A stretch of DNA of 64,000 bases from Chloroflexota bacterium (lineage in GTDB: Bacteria > Chloroflexota > Dehalococcoidia > Lucifugimonadales > JADFKI01), in contig JAQBUT010000004.1 in the NCBI GenBank assembly GCA_027623195.1, positions 64,001 through 128,000 of the forward strand. The letters run 5' to 3'. Of this stretch, positions 9,371 to 19,181 are shown piece after piece. Made by a program: the position numbers and the translations under genes. Each line of letters begins with the position of its first letter. The stretch's first letter is position 1. The notes beneath the pieces are model-generated. The model made no database searches. It was not told where the DNA came from and saw nothing but the letters and a program-made list of their open reading frames with translations.

Positions 9371-9811
9371 CTATTGAGCAACCTTGGACTGCAAACACTC
9401 GAAGAACTGTTTCATCAACATTTTGGATGCGTTACCCATAAGGCGCTGCCCAACCCTGGCAACGATTCCAGTGACCCTGGCGTCGCCAACGACGCTGACT
9501 TGCGTTCCACCGTTGTCCGCGTCCTCGAAGTTCAAAAAACCCTCGCCTTTGACGCCGCCACCGGCACCCCGTCCCTCAACGATCATCTTGTAGGACACCA
9601 TGTCGATCTTATCCGTAACAACCACCTTGCCGGTGTACGTTCCGGAAACGGCAGCCACGCCGACTCGCATCACTACCTCGTAGGAATCCGGGCCAACCTC
9701 GTCCAGCTTCTGGCAACCTGGTATACAGTCGGCCAAAACCTTGGGCGATAGTAGCAAATCCCAGACCTTGGCCTTGGGCGCGTCGAATGTGAAAGAGCCT
9801 TCAACTTTCAA
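9371..9811 (-). CDS. coxG: CoxG-like SRPBCC protein
   Basis: VWDLLLSPKVLADCIPGC, GIVARVGQRLM; divergent from coxS. Confidence 0.85.
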   Translation of the reverse strand: MKVEGSFTFDAPKAKVWDLLLSPKVLADCIPGCQKLDEVGPDSYEVVMRVGVAAVSGTYTGKVVVTDKIDMVSYKMIVEGRGAGGGVKGEGFLNFEDADNGGTQVSVVGDARVTGIVARVGQRLMGNASKMLMKQFFECLQSKVAQ

Positions 9812-10114
9812 TGAGTTTCACTCCCAGTCCCGAAATAAGGCGATGCTAAGGATATTCGCTTGTTCTCATCCTGCGCACTCCGTACGAAGAGGCGGCACCC
9901 GCATTATAGCCGGTTTACTGCCGCAGATAGATGGTCGCATCAAGCCTACCACAAGCCGGCTTTATCGCGCCAACGCCGCCCGATTACGTGGCATTTTATT
10001 GAATTTATAAGGGTGGTAGCCCAACTATGTTTTTGCTGTTATAATCCTGCTGCTTTCGGCATAGACACCTAGTATACGAGTCGTACAAAAACATTCCTCT
10101 GGAGGTTTCACCTC

Positions 10115-10582
10115 ATGACCGTGACAATTACAGTCGAAGTCAACGGCGAATCATACACCAATGACGTGGAACCCCGCCTGCTGCTGACCCACTACATACG
10201 GGAAGTTCTAAATCTCACTGGCACCCATGTGGGATGCGACACCAGCAACTGCGGGGCATGCACAATTATTCTGGATGGCAAGGCTGTTAAGTCCTGCACT
10301 GTCCTGGCGGTAAGGGCCAACGGGGGCAAAGTTACAACGATCGAAGGTCTCGCCAAAAAGAACGGTGAGCTTCACCCGTTGCAGGATGCCTTCTGGGAGA
10401 AACACGGCCTCCAGTGCGGATTCTGCACTCCTGGCATGATCATGTCGGCCTACGATCTGCTAAGCAACAATCCTAACCCCTCGGAACAGGACATCCGCGA
10501 GGGAATGTCAGGCAACCTTTGCCGATGCACCGGATACCACAACATCGTCAAGGCCATCGAGTACGCCGCCCAAAAGATGTGA
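10115..10582 (+). CDS. coxS: Molybdenum hydroxylase / CO dehydrogenase-type small [2Fe-2S] subunit
   Basis: [30 protein letters not shown]. Confidence 0.93.
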   Translation: MTVTITVEVNGESYTNDVEPRLLLTHYIREVLNLTGTHVGCDTSNCGACTIILDGKAVKSCTVLAVRANGGKVTTIEGLAKKNGELHPLQDAFWEKHGLQCGFCTPGMIMSAYDLLSNNPNPSEQDIREGMSGNLCRCTGYHNIVKAIEYAAQKM

Positions 10583-10714
10583 TTTTGGCTTCTGTCGATC
10601 TTTAGGACGATGGAGGTTCGGCCATAACGTAGCGCACCTACGCAGATTGCGATTTTTTAAAGATAACATTTGCCAGACGGACCCATCCAAAAGAACCAAA
10701 ATAAAGGAGAGGGC

Positions 10715-11578
10715 ATGATACCAAGGGCATTTGAATACCACGCACCAACAAGCGTTGCCGAAGCGGCCAGCCTGCTGGACCAGCACGGCGATAGCGCAAA
10801 GTTGTTAGCCGGCGGCCATAGTCTCCTTCCGTTAATGAAGTTGCGCCTGGCCCAACCTGAGGTCGTTATCGACCTGGCCAAGATTAGCGATCTGTCGTAC
10901 ATACGTCAGAGCAACGGAGGCCTGTCCATTGGGGCGATGACAACGTACGCCGACATTGAGTCGTCTGCGGATGTTCAGAGCCTGGCGCCCGCGTTGGCTG
11001 AAACGGCCGGTATGGTGGCAGACAGACAGGTCCGCAACATGGGCACCATTGGCGGTAGCTTGGCTCACTCAGACCCTGCTGGAGACCTCCCGGCGATAAT
11101 CCTGGCTCTGGGCGCTCAGATGGTGACCAGCTCCAGCGGCGCTCATCGCACAATTGCCGCAGACGATTTCTTCGTTGATCTCTTCACCACTGCTCTGCAG
11201 CCAAACGAGATATTAAACGAAATACAGATACCCGCCCTGCCCTCTGGCACGGGAACCGCATACGCCAAGTTCGGCAACAAGGCCTCGCATTACGCCATCG
11301 TAGGCATAGCCGCTGTGCTAACAGCAAGTGGCGGTAAATGCCAGAGCGTACGCATTGGCATCACCGGAGCAGGGGCTAAGGCCACTCGTGCCACTTCCGT
11401 GGAGAATGCCCTCACGGGCGCAAGCTTGGACGGCGCTACTATCAAAGCAGCGGCCCAACTTGCCAGCGACGGCATTGATTTCAATGAGGATGTTCACGCC
11501 TCTGCGGAGTATCGTGCCCACCTTACAAGGCTATACACCGAACGGGTGCTCCTGGAAGCGGCGTCCAGAGCAGGCTAA
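10715..11578 (+). CDS. coxM: Molybdenum hydroxylase FAD-binding medium subunit
   Basis: MIPRAFEYHAP, LAGGHSLLPLMKLR, QVRNMGTIGGS. AAAGGAG SD precedes ATG 10715. Confidence 0.92.
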   Translation: MIPRAFEYHAPTSVAEAASLLDQHGDSAKLLAGGHSLLPLMKLRLAQPEVVIDLAKISDLSYIRQSNGGLSIGAMTTYADIESSADVQSLAPALAETAGMVADRQVRNMGTIGGSLAHSDPAGDLPAIILALGAQMVTSSSGAHRTIAADDFFVDLFTTALQPNEILNEIQIPALPSGTGTAYAKFGNKASHYAIVGIAAVLTASGGKCQSVRIGITGAGAKATRATSVENALTGASLDGATIKAAAQLASDGIDFNEDVHASAEYRAHLTRLYTERVLLEAASRAG

Positions 11579-11608
11579 TTTTCTTTGGGTATTTAGAGGA
11601 TTGAAAAC

Positions 11609-11646
11609 AAAAAGAGGGACGGTCGTAAAACCGTCCCTCTTTTTTA
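11609..11646. terminator. Bidirectional intrinsic terminator
   Basis: AAAAAGAGGGACGGT-CGTAAA-ACCGTCCCTCTTTTT between convergent genes. Confidence 0.85.
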
Positions 11647-11785
11647 TTCATGCGTTTGCGCAATGAGTGCCAACTCTGGGCGATTTACCCTTGGGCAGAC
11701 TCAGGTTGAACGGGCTTTTTGCCTACGCTTCTGGTGAGACATATGATCCACGCACCGACGACATGGGCTGCATTACCAGCGGGCT

Positions 11786-12808
11786 CTAACCTGGCTCCAG
11801 TGCCGTGGCAATCGCTTTAACGTCTATGTGCTCTTCCATAAGCCGGGCAAAGCGTTCCAGCTTGGCCGGATGATCGAATCGGCCATGCTCCATCAGCGAA
11901 TTCAGATTTTCCATTGTGCCCAGCGTGCCCTCTGAGACCAGCACAAGGGGCACCTCTTCCAGCTCGGCCTCATTTTGGACATACCCAATTGGCTTAACGC
12001 CATTGGTAAGCACCAGGCAGGCTGTGGTTCCAGTCGCTGACAACGCAGCCATCTGGATGTCGGGACGGTCGCCCCGAACGACCACCGCACGGTTGTCGTG
12101 AATCCCAAAGTAAATCTCGCCGGGGTCCAGACTCATCCCACCCACCATGAGATACTCCACCAGGGAGTCTCGGTCACCGCCATCTGCCAGGTATTCTCCA
12201 CCGAGGTGCTCGGAAAGCTGGTTTACGGATACACCCAAAAGACGCCTATCCTCAGGCACCGCCCCAAGTGATTTCATTCCCTCGTTAGCCATGGATTCCA
12301 GCAGGCCCGACTTCGACGCCGTACCCTGGTACATGGATACGCCGTTAATCACGTACCCCAACAGGCGGCCTTTGAACGCGTCCTGCCACTTACGAAATTC
12401 AAATGCCTTTCGTTCCGAGCTATAACGCGATACCACAACTGCCTTGGCGTCCAGAGCTTCAGCCAGCTTCCCGGCGTCGGCGGCAGAAATATCGCTTGAG
12501 CCTTCAACGATCACAACGTCCTGGTCTTCGGCCACGCCAATGGCGGCCGTCTTGATCTGCCCTAAGAGATCGTCGGATATTGCCCCAGAAGCTGAAATAA
12601 TGGGCCAGCCATCAACTTCTGTGGACAGAAGGGCCTGATATATAGCAACGTCGGGGTCATCATCAGATGTGCCGATGGGCTTGAAGATTGTGACCCTTTT
12701 CCCCTGTTTTGTGAGCAGATGGGCCAGCCCAACGCAAAGCGAAGTCTTCCCTGCGCCTCGCTCGTTAGAGGTGACATACAGCAGTGTCATTAGTCGCTGC
12801 CTTTCCAT
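11786..12808 (-). CDS. DRTGG-domain / BioD-like phosphotransacetylase N-terminal-like protein
   Basis: P-loop SNERGAGKTS, IFKPIG, IVEGS, VVRGDRPDIQMAAL, CLVLTNG. Confidence 0.85.
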   Translation of the reverse strand: MERQRLMTLLYVTSNERGAGKTSLCVGLAHLLTKQGKRVTIFKPIGTSDDDPDVAIYQALLSTEVDGWPIISASGAISDDLLGQIKTAAIGVAEDQDVVIVEGSSDISAADAGKLAEALDAKAVVVSRYSSERKAFEFRKWQDAFKGRLLGYVINGVSMYQGTASKSGLLESMANEGMKSLGAVPEDRRLLGVSVNQLSEHLGGEYLADGGDRDSLVEYLMVGGMSLDPGEIYFGIHDNRAVVVRGDRPDIQMAALSATGTTACLVLTNGVKPIGYVQNEAELEEVPLVLVSEGTLGTMENLNSLMEHGRFDHPAKLERFARLMEEHIDVKAIATALEPG

Positions 12809-13074
12809 GCAAACGCTTTCGGATAATATACGGCATCGGGCCTAATCCGAGCGTACCATGCGGCCCCAAAATTACGGACGCAATTATAGCAAAGGCAAAA
12901 ATAGCGTGCACCGGTTTCACAGACAAGGTTATAATGTCTTGGCCTAACACTCGCCAGCACCTTCCAAGGAATTCGCACAACTCAAGACAACTGTTCCTTG
13001 TGGAAAAGGGTGAGTGCACGGCATCCACTAAAGGCCGTCAAGCGTATAAATACCTGGTAGAGCCAGTCCTGGTA

Positions 13075-13677
13075 ATGACTTCCCATTTGAGCAAATTCGT
13101 TTACACATCTAGGGCGTCCACTGTGGTTAGAACGGCCATGGCGGCCGCTGTTTTGGCCCTGCTGTTCGTGGCATGCTCCACGGCACAAAGCGATGTTCCA
13201 AAGTATGATCAGCGAGCCCAGGGCCTTAACAAGACCATCATGTGTCCCATCTGCCCCGGGGAGTCTATCGACCAGTCGCAGGCGACTATCTCGCTACAGA
13301 TGAGGGAAATCGTCCGTGAGAAACTGAACGATGGTTGGTCCGATGACCAGATTCGTGACTTCTTCGTGGACCGTTACGGACCCAGCGTTCTCATGGAACC
13401 CCCAACGGAGGGCTTCAGCATCATGGCGTGGATAGTTCCGCCGGTGATCGTCGCCACAGCCATTGCAGCCTTTTTGCTTGCGATAAGATGGATGCGCCAG
13501 CCGGGTCGACATGAGCGGCAGGCCGAACGAAGGGGCGACACAGTTTATCAAGCCGACCTCGAACGCTACTATGAACGCATTGAGGCCGCCTTGGAGCCAC
13601 CGTTGACTGGGGCGTCAATCGCCAGCAGCGATAACGTAACGGACGATACAGGTAACAAAGAGGAGCACCATGGTTGA
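13075..13677 (+). CDS. ccmH: Cytochrome c maturation protein CcmH (probable lipoprotein)
   Basis: IMCPICPGESIDQS...MREIVREKL...FFVDRYGPSVL; lipobox LFVAC. Start uncertain (13075 or 13138). Confidence 0.88.
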   Translation: MTSHLSKFVYTSRASTVVRTAMAAAVLALLFVACSTAQSDVPKYDQRAQGLNKTIMCPICPGESIDQSQATISLQMREIVREKLNDGWSDDQIRDFFVDRYGPSVLMEPPTEGFSIMAWIVPPVIVATAIAAFLLAIRWMRQPGRHERQAERRGDTVYQADLERYYERIEAALEPPLTGASIASSDNVTDDTGNKEEHHG

Positions 13678-15655
13678 GGCGGGTCAAATTGCGCTGGTAA
13701 TCGCCTTCGTGGTGGCGCTGTACGTTCCCGTGGCGTCATTTGTGGGTTCGTGGCAAAAGGTGCCCGAGCTAACGGCCAGCGGACGCTACGGTTTCTACAC
13801 GATTCCTCTAATGCTTCTGATTTCCACGGCGGCGCTGGTTTACTCATTCGTCGTTCGGGACTTCTCTGTGCGTTATGTATTTGAAAACAGCAATCTGGCG
13901 ATGCCACAGATATACACATGGGTTGCCTTCTACGCCGGAAACGCAGGCTCCCTGCTTTACCTGGCAGTCACACTGTCCATCGTCTCCGTAGTTGCGGTGC
14001 TAACAATACGAAAGCGGCTGCCCTACACGGCTCCCTACGCCACAGGCATCATGGCTTTGGTTATTGCATTCTTCCTTGGAATCATGGTCTTTATGGCGAA
14101 TCCGCTGGCGGTTCTGGACTTTGTGCCCCCCGATGGTCAGGGAATTAACCCGCTTCTCATTCATTTCGGCATGTTCATACACCCTCCACTGCAGATGGCT
14201 GGCCTTGTGCTCGTAGCCATACCATTCAGCATAGCTATCGGCGCGCTGGCGGCCCGTCGCGGAGGCCGGGACGAATGGGTAGACCTGGGCAGGCTATGGG
14301 GAATGATCTCCTGGTTAATCCTCACCATTGGACTGCTGCTCGGGAGCTGGTGGGCCTACACGATCCTTGGTTGGGGTGGGTACTGGGCCTGGGATCCCGT
14401 GGAGAACTCCGCGCTGATGCCCTGGCTTGCTATGACGGCATTCGTTCATTCCATCATGGTACAGAAGCGGCGGGGCATGTTCCGAATGTGGAACATGGTC
14501 CTTATCATCGTTGGGTTCACCTTGGCCCAGATGGGTATGTTCATCAACAGAGGAGGCCCAGTGCCGTCGGTCCACTCGTTTGCACAGTCGGCAATGGGAT
14601 GGCTGTTCCTGATGTTCATGGCGGTCACTATGATTGCGGCCATCGCCGTATTCTTCTGGCGACTGGAGTCCCTCAAGAGCCGGGCTAGCCTGGAGTCTCC
14701 CCTCTCCCGCGAGAGCGCATTTCTGGGACAGAACATACTCTTTCTGACCGTGGCCTTTGTGACTCTGTGGGGAACGCTATTCCCTATTTTCAGTGAGGCC
14801 GCTCAAGGCACAGTCATAACCGTAGGCCGACCTTTCTTCGACAAGGTTAACGGCCCCATACTTCTGGGCATAGTCTTCCTTATGGGCGTCGGCCCGCTGT
14901 TGCCGTGGCGCAGAGCGACCGTACGCAATCTGCTTCGCGCGCTTCGAGTGCCCATGGCAACAGCTCTGTTGACCGTCATAATTCTGGTTGTCCTCGGCAT
15001 CCGGCAGGTCCCAGCCGTTGTTGCCTTTGCCACCGTGGCCCTGGTTCTGGCAGGCATCGCCAACGAATGGTTCCGAGGAACACGCTCTCGACATAGCAGA
15101 GGCGAGTCCTACCCAGTTGCGTTCATGAACCTGCTCTCCGGCAACAGACCTCGGTACGGCGGCTACATAGTCCACCTGGGGATTCTGATGCTGGCAATAG
15201 GAGCAATCGCATCCTCGTTTTACAGCACCCAACGCGACCTGGTCATGGAACCCGGAGACGTGGCCAGTATCGGCAATTACACCTTCGAGTATCTTGGTGT
15301 AGAGAACAAAACCTACTCCGACCGTGAGGAGGCCATTGCCTCCTTTAGCGTCTTTCAGAAAGGCAAGAGCGTGGGCAGAATGGAGGCCTTCCGTGCCTTT
15401 TATCCAGACTTCCGCATCGCCGCCACCAAAGGCGCAATACGAAGTACCCCGGTGGAGGATTTCTACATAGTCCCGTCTGAGTTCCAGGACGGAGGACAAG
15501 CCGTGTTTCGTATTCTGGTAAATCCTCTGGTGTGGTGGATGTGGGCATCCGGCCCTATCATAGCTTTGGGGATAGGCTTCGGGCTTTGGCCTGTGCGACA
15601 GCCGGTTGCGGCTACAGTACGTCTTCCCGCCGGCGTCCAGGCAGCGAGGGCATAG
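13670..15655 (+). CDS. ccmF: Heme lyase CcmF
   Basis: HPP motif, WWD motif WGGYWAWDPVEN, SVHSF, YGGYIVHLG. Confidence 0.96.
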   Translation: MVEAGQIALVIAFVVALYVPVASFVGSWQKVPELTASGRYGFYTIPLMLLISTAALVYSFVVRDFSVRYVFENSNLAMPQIYTWVAFYAGNAGSLLYLAVTLSIVSVVAVLTIRKRLPYTAPYATGIMALVIAFFLGIMVFMANPLAVLDFVPPDGQGINPLLIHFGMFIHPPLQMAGLVLVAIPFSIAIGALAARRGGRDEWVDLGRLWGMISWLILTIGLLLGSWWAYTILGWGGYWAWDPVENSALMPWLAMTAFVHSIMVQKRRGMFRMWNMVLIIVGFTLAQMGMFINRGGPVPSVHSFAQSAMGWLFLMFMAVTMIAAIAVFFWRLESLKSRASLESPLSRESAFLGQNILFLTVAFVTLWGTLFPIFSEAAQGTVITVGRPFFDKVNGPILLGIVFLMGVGPLLPWRRATVRNLLRALRVPMATALLTVIILVVLGIRQVPAVVAFATVALVLAGIANEWFRGTRSRHSRGESYPVAFMNLLSGNRPRYGGYIVHLGILMLAIGAIASSFYSTQRDLVMEPGDVASIGNYTFEYLGVENKTYSDREEAIASFSVFQKGKSVGRMEAFRAFYPDFRIAATKGAIRSTPVEDFYIVPSEFQDGGQAVFRILVNPLVWWMWASGPIIALGIGFGLWPVRQPVAATVRLPAGVQAARA

Positions 15656-15665
15656 GCCAAACTTC

Positions 15666-16064
15666 TTGATCATACTGATAGCATTACTTCTGGCGCTAAT
15701 TCCCGCTCTGGCGGTGCTTTACCCTTTCCTTCGAGGCAACGCCGCCAACGAGTGGTTAGACGACGAAAGCTCCCCTATGGTCGATCTGGAACGACGTTGG
15801 GATTCGGCCATCTCCGGCATCAAAAACACCGAGCTGGAATACTCCATTGGCAACCTGGATGAGGAAGACTACCTGTGGCTTCGGCAGGAGTATATGCGTG
15901 AGGCGGCTATGGTTATGCACTCCATGGAGTTGGAGGACGAGCAGGAGGCGGAGCTGCTGGCGGCCATCGAGCGGGAGATACAGCAGGTGCGAGAACGCAC
16001 TGTCGGTAGCGACGCCGCTGTGACTGGCGCAGAGGCCCCTCAGGACCCTGTTTCCGGTGAATAA
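15666..16064 (+). CDS. Membrane-anchored CcmI-N-like accessory protein
   Basis: N-terminal TM segment, then IKNTELEYSIGNLDEEDYLWLR; follows ccmF. TTG 15666 avoids overlap with ccmF. Confidence 0.6.
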   Translation: MIILIALLLALIPALAVLYPFLRGNAANEWLDDESSPMVDLERRWDSAISGIKNTELEYSIGNLDEEDYLWLRQEYMREAAMVMHSMELEDEQEAELLAAIEREIQQVRERTVGSDAAVTGAEAPQDPVSGE

Positions 16065-17247
16065 ACGTCTTGCGCTGTCGGGAATAGTGCTTCTAGCCTT
16101 GATAACTACTTCGCTCATCAACCCGTTGTTCGTACTCGCTCAACAAGAGGGCTTTACCGTAGAAGGCCGCGTGGTTGACGGCTCTCCAGACGCAACTGCC
16201 CCAGCGGGCCTGGTTGTGACGCTACATCAGGAAGGGGCAGCCTTACACGAACATCTGGAAACCACCACCGACTTCGAGGGCCGCTTCCAGTTCGAGAACG
16301 TCGTGCCAGAACCTTTCGTAGTTTACGGGGTGTCCGTCCGTTACCAGGAGGCACTATACGGCACCGACGTTAACCTGCGGAATGGCAAGCCAGAGGCCTT
16401 GACACTGAAAATTTTTGAGATCTCCAACGATCTGCAAATTATCCACACCAACTCGGCTTCTGTGCTGTTCTCCGACGTCGACAAGGAGGCGGGAACTATC
16501 GCCGTTCTGGAGATCGTGCAGCTGGCGAACGACTCCGACTACACATACGTCGCGGGCACTGACGTGCCGATGAACCTGTTGCGATTTGGGCTACCGCCCG
16601 GTTCAGAATCACTGCAGGTGGACACACGCCTATTAGGGGCAGACGTTGTGCAGGTGGACAGGGGCTTCGCTGTTCTGGCAGCCGTCCCGCCAGGAAATCA
16701 CGACATCATGTACACCTACGAGTTCCCGTACACAGAGGGCGTGGAAACCTTCACCAAGTCGTTGCCCTTCGGAGCGGAAGGACTGCGGATACTCTCACCT
16801 GACGAAGTCCTTACTCTTTCCAGTGAACAACTCGGTAGCCCCAGTAATGTAACCATAGGCCAGCGCCCATACCAGTTGATAGAAAAGGCAGACCTACCCA
16901 GAGGTTCGCGCGTTGACGTTACCCTGTCCGACTTACCCCAACCATCGTCTATTGAGCGCATTTTCTACACCGCCAAGACTATCCGCGTGGAGTTCGCAGC
17001 GCCGGCGGTCCTGGCCCTACTAATGGCCATCCTCACAGTCTTTGCAGTCCGCATGAGTCGGCGAAGACATACACTTCCTGTATTGGCAGACCCGGCCGCG
17101 GCAGTGGAGCAGCAGGAACGATTCACCCTACTACGACTCGTCTCCGAATTGGAGAAGAGCTATGAGGACGGCAGCTTGCCTGCAGAGAACTACCTCAGAC
17201 AACGCCGAGTGCTGGAGGCTAGACTTCAATCAACCAAAGAGGATTGA
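16057..17247 (+). CDS. Exported, membrane-anchored beta-rich protein in the ccm operon
   Basis: Signal peptide, VEGRVVDG...TTDFEGRFQFENV (carboxypeptidase-regulatory-like), C-terminal TM and helical tail; overlaps the upstream stop. Confidence 0.65.
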   Translation: MNKRLALSGIVLLALITTSLINPLFVLAQQEGFTVEGRVVDGSPDATAPAGLVVTLHQEGAALHEHLETTTDFEGRFQFENVVPEPFVVYGVSVRYQEALYGTDVNLRNGKPEALTLKIFEISNDLQIIHTNSASVLFSDVDKEAGTIAVLEIVQLANDSDYTYVAGTDVPMNLLRFGLPPGSESLQVDTRLLGADVVQVDRGFAVLAAVPPGNHDIMYTYEFPYTEGVETFTKSLPFGAEGLRILSPDEVLTLSSEQLGSPSNVTIGQRPYQLIEKADLPRGSRVDVTLSDLPQPSSIERIFYTAKTIRVEFAAPAVLALLMAILTVFAVRMSRRRHTLPVLADPAAAVEQQERFTLLRLVSELEKSYEDGSLPAENYLRQRRVLEARLQSTKED

Positions 17248-17378
17248 GGACCGTCGTAAAAGTACGCCCTAGCGCCAATTGGTTCACAACGGTAGCTTAG
17301 ATACGTTCTGCGCTGGTCTACAATCGTCTGATTCCATGTAAAATACCATTGAATCTGTAACCGGGGTACAGGATCAGG

Positions 17379-18374
17379 GTGGACTTCCAACGTAGCCGAA
17401 CACTCAGAAGCGTCATCGTGCTGGCCGCTCTGATCGCCATAGGCATCGCGGGATACATGACCATCGAAGGTTGGTCCTTCCTGGATGCCGCATACATGAC
17501 GGCTCTCACGTTCACTACCGTTGGCTTTGCGGAAGTGCACCCACTCTCAAGCGGCGGTAAAGCCTTCTCGATCTTCCTTATGATAGCGGGAGTCGGCGCG
17601 ACGCTGTACTTCCTCTCGATCTCCATGCAGCGGATCATTGAGGAAGGCATTTTCAGAGGCTTCGTTCGGAGGAGAAGAATGGAGACGCGATTGGCAGGGG
17701 AACGCAATCACTTTATACTATGCGGCTTTGGCAGGGTTGGTAGAGAGGTCGCACTGGCTTTTCAACAAGAGGGCGCCCATTTCATAATCGTAGAAAAGGA
17801 TCTCGAAGCGATTTCCGACGCCGACAATATGGGATTTGCTTACGTTCTAGGCGACGCTTCTGACGACGAAGTGTTAAGGGCGGCGGGTATAGAAAGAGCG
17901 CGAGGCCTTGTTGCAGCCACGGGCAACGACAGCGATAACGTTTTCATAACACTTTCCGCCAGAGGCATCCGACCAGAACTCTTCATAGTCGCAAGGACAA
18001 CCTACCAGGACAACGAGGGTAAGCTCATACGAGCAGGCGCGAACAGCGTCGTATCCCCTCATACCATTGGCGGACGCCGCATGGCGCTTTCTGCGGTCCG
18101 GCCTATGGCCGTGGACTTCTTCGATTCGTTGCTGGACGGTCGAGGTAAACGTGACCTTAGGTTCACGGAAATAACCGTCGGCGACGGGTCGGTTCTTCTA
18201 GGCAGCAGTATCTTGCAGTGCAAGGAGAGCCAGGGAATTGACGTGCTGGCTCTGGCACGCGGTGAAAATGAAATGATGGTCAATCCCATAGGTGATCTGC
18301 AAATAGAGGAAAACGACAGGCTTTTCATCGTGGGACCGGATACCAGGCTTGCAGATTTGGAAGGTAAGGCCTAG
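17379..18374 (+). CDS. MthK-like potassium channel family protein (2 TM + RCK/TrkA-N and TrkA-C)
   Basis: Pore segment FLDAAYMTALTFTTVGF; CGFGRVG Rossmann motif; GDASDDEVLRAAGIERA. Confidence 0.88.
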   Translation: MDFQRSRTLRSVIVLAALIAIGIAGYMTIEGWSFLDAAYMTALTFTTVGFAEVHPLSSGGKAFSIFLMIAGVGATLYFLSISMQRIIEEGIFRGFVRRRRMETRLAGERNHFILCGFGRVGREVALAFQQEGAHFIIVEKDLEAISDADNMGFAYVLGDASDDEVLRAAGIERARGLVAATGNDSDNVFITLSARGIRPELFIVARTTYQDNEGKLIRAGANSVVSPHTIGGRRMALSAVRPMAVDFFDSLLDGRGKRDLRFTEITVGDGSVLLGSSILQCKESQGIDVLALARGENEMMVNPIGDLQIEENDRLFIVGPDTRLADLEGKA

Positions 18375-18377
18375 CCG

Positions 18378-19097
18378 ATGCCCGACAAGTCGAGGTCACT
18401 ACTATGCATATTCGCCCACCCCGACGATGAGTCGTTCGGGCCAGGCGGCACGCTGGCCAAGTACGCCGCATCCGGCACCAGGATTACCGTTATCTCAGCA
18501 ACCCGAGGTGAGGGTAGCACGTTAGGCCGGGAGACCCACCAGGCCAACCTGGGCGATGTCCGGGAGGCGGAAATGCGTTGCGCATCCGAAGCGTTGGGCC
18601 TGGCGGAATCACGCGTTCTGCATTACCCATACACGGGCCTAAATGACGTGGACGATGGAGAGCTATGTAACCTCGTCACGAATGCCATCGCCGAATTAAA
18701 ACCCGACGTTGTGATGGCTTTCGGGCCTGGAGGCATCACCGGCAACCCTGACCACGTAGCTATAACCAGGGCTGCCACTTCGGCAATCCAACGTATGCCT
18801 CAACAACTGCGTCCCAGCCTTTTCTACTGGGCAATCCCGGAGGCCATAGCCAGCCGCCTGCGAGAGCTATCCGACATACCATTCGTCGGCGTGCCGAAGC
18901 AGGACATCAACACAGTCATCGACACATCTGATTTTCTTGAAACCCAGTTGAATGCCATACGCTGCCACAAAAGCCAGAGTGATCCAATGCCGCCTGTTCT
19001 TACCGAAAGGCTCAAGATGCATGCGGGTGATGAGTATTTCGTAAGGGTGGGTCCTGGTGCTGATAGTGAGAATATATCAAATGACATATTCAGCTAA
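18378..19097 (+). CDS. PIG-L/LmbE-family deacetylase (MshB/BshB-like)
   Basis: AHPDDE, ATRGE, REAEMRCA, PDH, CHKSQ. Confidence 0.88.
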   Translation: MPDKSRSLLCIFAHPDDESFGPGGTLAKYAASGTRITVISATRGEGSTLGRETHQANLGDVREAEMRCASEALGLAESRVLHYPYTGLNDVDDGELCNLVTNAIAELKPDVVMAFGPGGITGNPDHVAITRAATSAIQRMPQQLRPSLFYWAIPEAIASRLRELSDIPFVGVPKQDINTVIDTSDFLETQLNAIRCHKSQSDPMPPVLTERLKMHAGDEYFVRVGPGADSENISNDIFS

Positions 19098-19117
19098 TGG
19101 GCCTAATCGTCGTACGC

Positions 19118-19158
19118 AAAAAGACGAGGCAGTCGAATCCGACTGCCTCGTCTCATTT
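19118..19158. terminator. Terminator between convergent operons
   Basis: 14-bp stem AGACGAGGCAGTCG/CGACTGCCTCGTCT; the left A tract gives a U tail on the minus strand. Confidence 0.8.
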
Positions 19159-19181
19159 AATTACTTTGTCGCAGCTTAAGC

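Noticed and set aside
10580..10582. TGA stop of coxS (and other TGA stops) as selenocysteine
   Set aside because: The proteins are full-length at these stops and no Cys-equivalent position is involved.
12784..13074. N-terminal extension of ccmH in the ORF track
   Set aside because: It overlaps the divergent gene start and intergenic region; the signal peptide begins later.
14777..15673. Long antisense ORFs (this 298-aa one, also 27676-28365, 51841-52653, 57943-58611 and many shorter ones)
   Set aside because: They are shadows of well-supported genes on the opposite strand and carry no motifs.
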